NCBI GenBank assembly: GCA_965230295.1
Contig: OZ246001.1
Span: 512,001 to 576,000 of the forward strand
DNA: 64,000 nucleotides
From: Marinicella sp.
GTDB taxonomy: Bacteria; Pseudomonadota; Gammaproteobacteria; Xanthomonadales; Marinicellaceae
Reading direction: 5' to 3'
In this document: in pieces, positions 28,154-36,750 of the stretch
How positions within the stretch are numbered: position 1 is the first letter of the stretch
Layout: each line of letters starts with the position of its first letter
Notes under the pieces: generated by a model
What the model was told of the DNA's origin: nothing
What the model saw: only the letters and a program-made list of their open reading frames with translations
The model's database searches: none
Translations under genes and position numbers: made by a program

Positions 28154-31100
28154 TACTCGGATGAATTGTCTTCAAAATACAATCGACTTCTGGTCACTTG
28201 ATCAGGATACACTTGATTCATGCTACTGGCTTCATACAACCGGCCATTGAGCATCACATGACTGACATCATCGGTGCTGTATATGTCTTGCATGGGATCA
28301 GAGTTCAAGATCACCATGTCAGCCAGTTTACCGGCTTTGATGCTGCCTAGCTCATGGTCCATGCCAATGTATTTGGCCGGATCAATGGTGCTGGCTTTGA
28401 TGACATTCCAGGGTGACATGCCACCTTGGGCAAACATCCACATTTCCCAATGAGAGCCCAAGCCTTCTCTTTGTCCGTGAGCACCTAACAACACATCAAC
28501 ACCTTCACTTTGTAACTCAGTAGCCACCCTCGCATTATTGAAGTGATTATAATCTTCCAATGGGGCTTTGGTTCTGCGAACAGAGACTGGCTCAAGCACA
28601 CCTTTGGGTACAAATTGGCTCAGTAAGGGGTGTTTCCAGACTTCAGTGGTGTCATACCAGTATCGCTCACCCCAAATACCGCCGTAACCAACAGTTAAAG
28701 TGGGCACATATGCGGTTTCTGTACCAGCCCAAAGCTGTTTCACATCATCATAGATCGCTGCCACTGGAATCGAATGTTCAATGCCGGTGTGGCCATCGAT
28801 GATCATCGTCATGTTGTGCATAAACAGTGATCCACCTTCAGGAACCACCATCAGACCTGTTTGTCGCGCTGCCTCCAACACCTGTTGGCGCTGGTCTCTC
28901 CTGGGTTGGTTATAACTCTTCACTGAAAAAGCACCAACGGCTTTCATCCGTTCCAAATGGCCAACAGCATCTTCTAAAGAATCCACCTTAGCGGTGAAAT
29001 AATGCGTGGCTCCATACAAAATGGTGCCGGTAGAATAAATTCTGGGTGCCGTGATGACCCCAGCCTGCTGCATCTCAGAAGCTGAAAACACAGCGGCTGT
29101 ATCAGCAGATGGGTTGTGGGTGGTGGTCACACCAAAGGCTAAATTAGCCAATGCATTCCAACTGGTTTGTGGGGTGATTTGACCGTTGGCATAAGGACCG
29201 TGCCAATGCACATCAACCAAACCGGGAATGATGGTTTTACCAGTGACATCAATGACTTCTGCATTCTCAGGGGGTTGGATCTGAGCGGCTGTACCCACGG
29301 CTGAAATCCGATTGTTGTTGATGATCACCACACCATCATTAATCACTGAGTTTTCACCCCCTGTTTGTTCCATGGTCACAATTTTTGCCCCAACCAGTGC
29401 CACTGTACCTTGTGGTACGTCAGTTTTAACAGACATTGAAATATGGGTCGTTTGGGCAACTTTGGGTTCATCATCCGCTTCATCGCCATCGCTGGTAACA
29501 TGAATTTCGCCAGCCAGGAAGTCGAATTGCTCGGACAATTTTTGTTGGTAAATCACCGGTCCCATGGACCAACTCAACGCATCTGAGCCTTCGTTCCAAC
29601 TGATGTAATTACCTGCATGTTCAGAAAACTTCTTAACCGGTAAATTACTGGCGCCTGCACCGGTGCTGATGTGTTTGCCATTGCGGATGAATGGCGTGAC
29701 ATAAACTTGATAATTTTGAATAAAAGCCAGCCATTGTTCATCCGGAGATACCTGGAAATGAGTGATCCACTCACCTTGGTAATGATTTTGTAGTTCATTC
29801 CCGGTTAAATCCGTTGATTGCAATTGTGTAGTGATCACCTCACCTGATACTGATTGCCCCATAAAAAATACCCGTGAATTGTCTTTTGTGAAGAACGGGT
29901 TGCGACCACTGTCACTGATTTTAGTTTGTTGTTTTGATTGCAGATTCACAGCAAACAAACCAGTATCATGTGAATACAATGGAGAAGTTAAATAACCTCC
30001 AGCTCCAGCTTGAAACACCACCGTCTGACCATCAACTGAGATCACAGGGTTGGTGTAATGGCCTGGTTTACTTGAAATAATTTGAGACCTGCCTTTCAGG
30101 TTTGACAAACGCACAGACCCCAAGGCTTCATCATGCCAAGTGGTATATACCAACTGCTTACCATCGGCGCTGAATTGTGGAAATAACTCGAAATGATCAT
30201 TTTGTTTGGTTAACCTTTCGGGTTCTCCATGCATGGACCCATCTTTAATCCGCACGGTATAAATCTTACCTAAGGACTGGAATACTGCCAAATCACCTTG
30301 GGGTGACAATTGCAACCATCTGAGCATTTTGGCTTCAAACTGCTCCGGAGACACCGTGTTTTTGACCGTCACAGCTTGTCTGACTTCTCTTTGATCTTCA
30401 ACGTTAAACGGGATGTTGGTTACAACCTCGGAAGCCACATCAATGTGATGAATTTGTCCTTTGGCATAGAACACAATGCCTTGCCCGTCTGAAGTCCATG
30501 ACATACTGGGATAAACACCATGTATGGCCCAGGTTTCCTGCATGTCGCGCTCTAGGTTGGTATAAATAGGTTTGACTGCTCCGCTTTCACGGTCTTGGAT
30601 AAACAGGGCACTGTTGTTGCGAATGCGGCGCACAAATGCCAAAGATTTCCCATCAGGTGATGGCGTGGGCCTGATTGCACCACCCGGGCCGGAAACCCAT
30701 GATTTGATGTCACCTGTGGCCAATTCAATGGCATAGATTTCATAAATCTGATTGTTGGCATCTTTGGAGTACTCAAAATACTGTCCCGGTGTAGAATCAC
30801 GGGAGAACAACACATATTTACCATCAGGGGTGTAGACTGGCTCACCCAAGTCTTTTTGTTCGTTCGGGCGTTTATTCAGCTGTACCCCCTTTCCTCCTGA
30901 GGTGTGATACATCCAGATTTCACCTGCCCCCAAAGAGCGCATACCCGTAAAATGTTTTCTGGCCACAATGTAGTTCCCGTCAGGTGACCAACTGGGTGAG
31001 TTCAATAACCTGAATTTTTCTTTGGTCACCTGCTGCTGGTCGCTACCATCCACTGCCATGATCCAAATGTTATCTCCACCACCTTGGTCGGAGGTGAAAG

Positions 31101-31407
31101 CCAACTGAGAGCCATCGGGTGAAAACTGTGGCTGCATGTCCCAAGCCATTGAGTTGGTGATGTTGGTCGCTTTACCACCAGCAAATGGCATGGTATAAAT
31201 ATCGCCTAACATATCAAACACAATCCACCTTCCATCCGGACTGACATCCACATTCATCCAAGTACCACTGGTGGTGTTGATATCGACCATTTTCTTGATA
31301 CCAGGGGGGTTGTTCACATCCCATTTTTTTTCTTCCGTCCCTTCATCAGCTTGCACCAGAGCAGGTGAGAAAAGAAAACTGAACATTAATAGGTAAATCG
31401 ATTTCAT
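28153..31407 (-). CDS. Exported amidohydrolase with N-terminal TolB-like (PD40) propeller
   Basis: Repeated SPDG motifs; PGLVDVHWH, LGAHGQ, GSIKAGKLADMVIL; signal peptide. Confidence 0.9.
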   Translation of the reverse strand: MKSIYLLMFSFLFSPALVQADEGTEEKKWDVNNPPGIKKMVDINTTSGTWMNVDVSPDGRWIVFDMLGDIYTMPFAGGKATNITNSMAWDMQPQFSPDGSQLAFTSDQGGGDNIWIMAVDGSDQQQVTKEKFRLLNSPSWSPDGNYIVARKHFTGMRSLGAGEIWMYHTSGGKGVQLNKRPNEQKDLGEPVYTPDGKYVLFSRDSTPGQYFEYSKDANNQIYEIYAIELATGDIKSWVSGPGGAIRPTPSPDGKSLAFVRRIRNNSALFIQDRESGAVKPIYTNLERDMQETWAIHGVYPSMSWTSDGQGIVFYAKGQIHHIDVASEVVTNIPFNVEDQREVRQAVTVKNTVSPEQFEAKMLRWLQLSPQGDLAVFQSLGKIYTVRIKDGSMHGEPERLTKQNDHFELFPQFSADGKQLVYTTWHDEALGSVRLSNLKGRSQIISSKPGHYTNPVISVDGQTVVFQAGAGGYLTSPLYSHDTGLFAVNLQSKQQTKISDSGRNPFFTKDNSRVFFMGQSVSGEVITTQLQSTDLTGNELQNHYQGEWITHFQVSPDEQWLAFIQNYQVYVTPFIRNGKHISTGAGASNLPVKKFSEHAGNYISWNEGSDALSWSMGPVIYQQKLSEQFDFLAGEIHVTSDGDEADDEPKVAQTTHISMSVKTDVPQGTVALVGAKIVTMEQTGGENSVINDGVVIINNNRISAVGTAAQIQPPENAEVIDVTGKTIIPGLVDVHWHGPYANGQITPQTSWNALANLAFGVTTTHNPSADTAAVFSASEMQQAGVITAPRIYSTGTILYGATHYFTAKVDSLEDAVGHLERMKAVGAFSVKSYNQPRRDQRQQVLEAARQTGLMVVPEGGSLFMHNMTMIIDGHTGIEHSIPVAAIYDDVKQLWAGTETAYVPTLTVGYGGIWGERYWYDTTEVWKHPLLSQFVPKGVLEPVSVRRTKAPLEDYNHFNNARVATELQSEGVDVLLGAHGQREGLGSHWEMWMFAQGGMSPWNVIKASTIDPAKYIGMDHELGSIKAGKLADMVILNSDPMQDIYSTDDVSHVMLNGRLYEASSMNQVYPDQVTRSRLYFEDNSSE

Positions 31408-31498
31408 TGGTGTCCCCATATAAACAAAGTCGATAATTATACGTTTAAAATGAAGTATATCGATTACAATCTGAAGAATTTCTAACGGCTATATTTTC

Positions 31499-32386
31499 AT
31501 GACCATAGGGTTGGGTGAATTCCTGTCATTGTTGTGTGCCCTGTTATGGGCTTTTGCAGTCATTTGTTACCGCAAGGCTGGTGACTCCATCAATGTCAGC
31601 GCCATGAACCTATTCAAAATCAGTTTAACTTTGGTGCTGATGATCCCAACCTTATATTTCACTGATGGGTTATCTCCTCCTGACTTGACGTTGGCACAAT
31701 GGGGGTTGCTGTTAATCAGCGGCTTTTTTGGCATCATGCTGGCAGACTTATTTTATCTGAGAGCCTTACAATTAATTGGTGCTGGCCTCACAGGGCTGAC
31801 CGGCAGTCTATACAGCCCTTTTGTGGTCTTTTTGTCCTTGTTTTTCTTGGGTGAACGCCTCAACATCTGGCAAATCATGGGCATGGCACTGGTGATTGTC
31901 GGGGTTATGGTCATCAGTTATCGAAAAAAATCCCTGACCATTGAACACCCACCGATCAAAGGATTTGTATATGCCGCACTGGGTGTTTTTTTCACCGCCT
32001 TGGGCATCGTGATCATCAAACCTGTAACCACAGACATTCCATTCTTTTGGATCATCACCATTCGAACAGTGGGAGGGATCATGACCATGATTTTATTTAA
32101 TTTGTTGTTACAAAAAAGCCTTAACCCGCTGTCAGTGATGAGCAGTCGAGGTAAGTACTGGCTATTGGCTGGTGCCATTTTGGGACAGTACCTGTCTACC
32201 ATGGTTTGGGTGGCGGGGTATAAATACACGTCTGCTTCTGTGGCTTCGATTCTCAATGAAACGGCCTCAATATTCATATTAATCCTGGGCTGGTTGATGC
32301 TAAAAGAGGAGATCAGCCAACGAAAAATACTGGGTGCCATCATCAGTATATCTGGCGTTATCTTGGTGTTGCAATTCAGCCATTAA
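31499..32386 (+). CDS. DMT/EamA family transporter
   Basis: About 10 hydrophobic segments; two EamA halves (FLGERL, LKEEI). Confidence 0.88.
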   Translation: MTIGLGEFLSLLCALLWAFAVICYRKAGDSINVSAMNLFKISLTLVLMIPTLYFTDGLSPPDLTLAQWGLLLISGFFGIMLADLFYLRALQLIGAGLTGLTGSLYSPFVVFLSLFFLGERLNIWQIMGMALVIVGVMVISYRKKSLTIEHPPIKGFVYAALGVFFTALGIVIIKPVTTDIPFFWIITIRTVGGIMTMILFNLLLQKSLNPLSVMSSRGKYWLLAGAILGQYLSTMVWVAGYKYTSASVASILNETASIFILILGWLMLKEEISQRKILGAIISISGVILVLQFSH

Positions 32387-32481
32387 TGCGGGTACGTTAC
32401 ATTTGTTTACAGAAACCTTTCCCTAACGATTCAGGATTCCACTATCATATATATCAATGAAATGTGTGTGTGATAATCAAA

Positions 32482-33246
32482 ATGACCCAACTACAATTTA
32501 ACAGCCCAAACCCACCCAAAAATTCAGATGAACTGTCGCCTATTGTTTATTTCAGAGGCATCAATCGCATTCATGTGAATCGTTTCAAAGCCTACACCCA
32601 AATCTTATCCAATCGTTTGAAATCGTCATGGCAAATCACCCAAGACATCAAACAAGCCAATGTTGTGGTCGGAACCAGTGAAGTGAATGGAAAAAAAGTG
32701 ATGCGTTTATCGGTTTTGACGGATTTGGCCAACTTAAAGCCCAAGAGCCTCTACTCGTTTGAACTTACTTTTGAAGAAAATAAACTGGTCAGACAGCTTA
32801 ACTTAGCAAGTAAACACTTACTCAAAGGTTTTCAAGGTGATCTTCAAAATGAAAGTTGTCATCGCACTGTAACCATCTGTGGTCTACTGAATGAGTCACT
32901 CAGTATGCTATGTGATTTGCTGAACCAAAAATCTCAAGACATCGAGTTCACGCCTTCAGTGGGTATCTTCTCGTCATTGAATAACTTATATCGCGATCAT
33001 TTGCTGTTGGTTGTTGACCCCAAACTACCTGAATCTATGCAGGCCTACCAGAGTTTGATTGAGAAAAAATCTCAAGGCAACATCATCATTGATGAATTGA
33101 CCATTGCCATCATTCAAAACGAAGACGAACAAACCAATGAAGAAGTTTTTGATCTGATTTATGGCAATGCTGATGCATCGACCCAAGTCACCCTATTGAA
33201 CCCAGCCGATGAAAGGGACCTGGCGAGTTTTGTTCAGTTTTTTTGA
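32482..33246 (+). CDS. Hypothetical protein, C-terminal half resembling a degenerate small-GTPase fold
   Basis: Long ORF filling the intergenic space; see findings for the motif argument. Confidence 0.65.
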   Translation: MTQLQFNSPNPPKNSDELSPIVYFRGINRIHVNRFKAYTQILSNRLKSSWQITQDIKQANVVVGTSEVNGKKVMRLSVLTDLANLKPKSLYSFELTFEENKLVRQLNLASKHLLKGFQGDLQNESCHRTVTICGLLNESLSMLCDLLNQKSQDIEFTPSVGIFSSLNNLYRDHLLLVVDPKLPESMQAYQSLIEKKSQGNIIIDELTIAIIQNEDEQTNEEVFDLIYGNADASTQVTLLNPADERDLASFVQFF

Positions 33247-33343
33247 ACCTGTTCCAGCTTAATCGTAAAAACCATCATTTTTACACCCAATTCACTGCTT
33301 AACCGTTAACATTAAAACCAATGTTAATCATGCAGAAAAAACG

Positions 33344-34243
33344 ATGGGTATTCAGAAACAAGTCCTTTTTATAACCGGTCAAAACGGTATGTTGGGACAA
33401 CATTTGACTCAATTTTTATCTCAGCAATATGAGGTTGTTGGGTTACAAAGAAACACGCAATCAATTGATAAACCAAGCTGGAATTATCGCCAATTACTTG
33501 AACAACTCAAGATGAAAGCTCCCGACGCCATCATTCACCTGGCAGGGGCCGGTATTGCAGATAAGCGCTGGAGTGGGCGATACAAAAAAACCATATATGT
33601 CAGCCGCATCAATGGAACCCAATGGTTGGTCAACGAAATTTTACAGCATGATGAACGACCCAAAACATTCATGTGTGCGTCTGCCATTGGATACTATGGA
33701 CATCGACCTGAAGAACAGTTAACTGAAAATGCAGGCAAAGGCAAAAACTTTGTCGCCAAAATTGCTGAGCATTGGGAAGCAGCTGCCCAAGAATTAAACC
33801 GAACTGAAGTCCGGGTGATTAACATGCGGTTTGGCATGATATTATCCAAGACTGGTGGGGCATTGAAAGACATGATGTTACCATTCAAGTTGGGTTTAGG
33901 AGGACGGCTGGGTAAGGGCCAGCAAAAATACAGTTGGATCAGTATCGATGATGCAAGCAGAGCGATTGATTTTTTACTTCACCATGAAACACTCCAAGGC
34001 CCGATCAATTTAACCTCACCCAACCCTGTCACCAATCAAGAATTTACCCAAATCCTGGCCAAAACGTTGAGAAGGCCTGCATTCATGCACATGCCTGCCT
34101 TTGTGGTGCGCCTGGTGTTTGGTGAAATGGCTGATGAACTGTTGTTAGCTGATGCACATGTTATGCCTCAAATATTGATGAATGCAGGCTTTGAGTTCAA
34201 ACATGCCAAGTTGGATGCCGCAATGAAATACTTAATGCAATGA
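33344..34243 (+). CDS. TIGR01777 family (YfcH-like) NAD-dependent epimerase
   Basis: ITGQNGMLG, IHLAGAGIADKRW, SAIGYYG, SWISIDD, PVTNQEF. Confidence 0.92.
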   Translation: MGIQKQVLFITGQNGMLGQHLTQFLSQQYEVVGLQRNTQSIDKPSWNYRQLLEQLKMKAPDAIIHLAGAGIADKRWSGRYKKTIYVSRINGTQWLVNEILQHDERPKTFMCASAIGYYGHRPEEQLTENAGKGKNFVAKIAEHWEAAAQELNRTEVRVINMRFGMILSKTGGALKDMMLPFKLGLGGRLGKGQQKYSWISIDDASRAIDFLLHHETLQGPINLTSPNPVTNQEFTQILAKTLRRPAFMHMPAFVVRLVFGEMADELLLADAHVMPQILMNAGFEFKHAKLDAAMKYLMQ

Positions 34244-34965
34244 ACATCCTGATCATTGGTGCCAATCAAGGCATAGGTGCAGCCATAGCAAAGCAACTTA
34301 ATGTTGAAGGTAATCACACGGTTATCAAAACAAGTCGTCAATATGCCACTTTGACTCAGGTAGATGAAATGACTTGGGAAGTGGCGGTTGACGTCACAGA
34401 CGAAAATTCCATTTCTGAATTTTCAAAACAACTGCGTGATGGATTCTCTGTCATTGATTGGGTGATCAATTGTGCAGGGCTTTTACACAGTAAACGATTC
34501 ATGCCAGAAAAGTCTCTAGATCAAGTGAACCAGCTTCAGATGTTACAAAGCTTCATGACCAATGCCGTTGGCCATTTATGGATCATCAATGCACTGAAGA
34601 AAATGATCATTCAAAGTAAGCTACCATTGGTGTGCTCTGTTTCAGCCAGAATTGGCAGCATAACTGATAACCATTTAGGTGGTTGGTATGCCTATCGAAT
34701 GAGCAAAGCAGCACTGAACATGGGCATTAAAAATGTAGCCATTGAATGGTCAAGACTGCACCCAAAAGTGAAATTTATTTTGATCCATCCTGGCACTTCA
34801 GACACTGATTTATCAAAACCCTTTCAAAAACGACTGCCCAAAGGACAATTACAAACAACTGACACCACTGCTAAACAATTATTGAAACAGTTAAACCAAC
34901 ATCAAAACCACCCCGAAAAACATCCGTTGTATATTGATTATCAAGGCCGTGTCATAGCTTGGTGA
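34240..34965 (+). CDS. Short-chain dehydrogenase, CsgA (C-factor)-like
   Basis: GANQGIG, PEKSL, SARIGSITDNHLGGWYAYRMSKAALN, HPGTSDTDLSKPF. Confidence 0.9.
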   Translation: MNILIIGANQGIGAAIAKQLNVEGNHTVIKTSRQYATLTQVDEMTWEVAVDVTDENSISEFSKQLRDGFSVIDWVINCAGLLHSKRFMPEKSLDQVNQLQMLQSFMTNAVGHLWIINALKKMIIQSKLPLVCSVSARIGSITDNHLGGWYAYRMSKAALNMGIKNVAIEWSRLHPKVKFILIHPGTSDTDLSKPFQKRLPKGQLQTTDTTAKQLLKQLNQHQNHPEKHPLYIDYQGRVIAW

Positions 34966-35015
34966 ATTAGGGTCTGTACTTGAGTGACTCGATTTTTTAT
35001 GGCATAGTGCGGCTC

Positions 35016-36638
35016 ATGAAAAATACATTTTTGATGGCTGCTGTCTTATTACTTACCGGGAATGTGACATCTGCCGCTGACTTTAAAGAACAGCTGATTC
35101 TGGCACTGCACCAAGACCAAAGACACCGCGGTGAAATCAATCGTTTAAAAAAACAGCACCACAACATTGACCTGATTCAACAATTAGAACAAGCCCAAGC
35201 TCAACTTGACCAAGGTAATCTCAAGACCCTGGACAACATCATCAACCAATTGGGCCACTGGCCAGGCATAGATGATGTGGGAAAGAATCCAGCCAGCATT
35301 GCACTGATCTTATTCAAAAGAAGTGAGTTAAAACAACAAGCTCGGTACCTGCCCTTGATGCACACTGCGGTACTCAACAAACAAATCCCGGCCATTTGGT
35401 ATGCCGAAGCCCATGACCATCATTTGATGTTACTGAACAAGCCGCAAAAATTTGGACACCTGATGATTCAATCTTCTGATGGTAAACAAGGTTTATACCC
35501 AATCGAATCATTAGAAACCGTTAATAATGAACGATCAGGCCTGGGCCTGCCTGATTTAAAAACAACATTGGGACAGCGCAATATATTGCTCAGAACTGAT
35601 TTGAAAGACCCACATAACCCCCAGCTTCTGGAGGCTGATAAAATGATGTCTGTGGCAGAATTAGCTGCGGCATGTCTGGACCAAATTTACCCCAATTCGA
35701 TCAAACATGTACTGAACAGCAAAGCAGATGCCGCTAGCCCTGATCAATTGTATCCAGCCTTTTTCGGCTGTTTTGACTGGCATTCATCGGTGCATGGTCA
35801 TTGGTTATTGGTTAGGGCAGCAAAATTATTTCCGAACCATGCTCAATCGGCAGCTTTCATGAAGCGATTGGATGCCCATTTCCAACCAGATAAATTAACT
35901 GCCGAACTGACTTACTTTCAACAACCTGGTCGAGCAGGATTTGAACGCCCATATGGATTGGCCTGGTTTCTTCAATTGTATGCTGAACTACACGAATGGC
36001 AAAACCCCCAGGCACAGCAGTGGCGGGTCAATCTGACCCCGCTTAAAAACCATGTGGTTAAACAATTGAGTCAGTGGATCCCCAAACTGGCTTACCCGAT
36101 ACGAACTGGCGAACACAGTCAAACGGCTTTCGCCTTTGGATTGGCTTACGATTATGCTGTAAACACAGGTGATGAGGCCTTTGCAAACTTGTTGAAAGAA
36201 CATGTGATGCGCTTGTATTTAGATGACAAAAATTGTCCCATCAATTATGAACCTTCTGGTCAAGACTTTCTCTCAGCTTGTTTAGCAGAAGCTGATTTGA
36301 TGCGGCGTATGATGACACCTCAGCAATTTGCCAAATGGTTCAAGAAGTTCATTCCAGCCAGCAAAAAACAAAGTAACTGGTTACCTGTAGCACGTGTGAC
36401 AGACAGGGTGGACGGTAAACTGGCACATTTAGACGGGTTGAACATCGCCAGGGCCTGGATGTTAGAGGGCATTGCGATGGGGCTGCCTTTGGCCGACAAA
36501 AGACGTCAAAACCTGGGTAAACTCGCGGACATGCATGCCAAATCGGGTCTGGCAGCTGTGACTGGAGAACATTATGCCGGTGGACATTGGCTGGGTTCAT
36601 TCGCTGTTTATTACCTCAGCCAACGCGGGCTGCCATAA
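35016..36638 (+). CDS. Exported protein: DUF6624-like N-terminal domain fused to DUF2891
   Basis: N-half DQRHR...N...IINQLGHWPG..VG...PQKFG...RSGLGL; C-half YPAFFGCFDWHSSVHGHW, FERPYGLAW, HLDGLNIAR, YAGGHWLGSFA. Confidence 0.8.
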   Translation: MKNTFLMAAVLLLTGNVTSAADFKEQLILALHQDQRHRGEINRLKKQHHNIDLIQQLEQAQAQLDQGNLKTLDNIINQLGHWPGIDDVGKNPASIALILFKRSELKQQARYLPLMHTAVLNKQIPAIWYAEAHDHHLMLLNKPQKFGHLMIQSSDGKQGLYPIESLETVNNERSGLGLPDLKTTLGQRNILLRTDLKDPHNPQLLEADKMMSVAELAAACLDQIYPNSIKHVLNSKADAASPDQLYPAFFGCFDWHSSVHGHWLLVRAAKLFPNHAQSAAFMKRLDAHFQPDKLTAELTYFQQPGRAGFERPYGLAWFLQLYAELHEWQNPQAQQWRVNLTPLKNHVVKQLSQWIPKLAYPIRTGEHSQTAFAFGLAYDYAVNTGDEAFANLLKEHVMRLYLDDKNCPINYEPSGQDFLSACLAEADLMRRMMTPQQFAKWFKKFIPASKKQSNWLPVARVTDRVDGKLAHLDGLNIARAWMLEGIAMGLPLADKRRQNLGKLADMHAKSGLAAVTGEHYAGGHWLGSFAVYYLSQRGLP

Positions 36639-36750
36639 GACAACCCTTTCAGCCACAATTATTTACATCTTCAGAAGCAGCAGGTCTTTAAGAGCCAAGC
36701 GATTGATGCTAACATAATATCAATTAAAACAATGACCTGCTTACATTATT

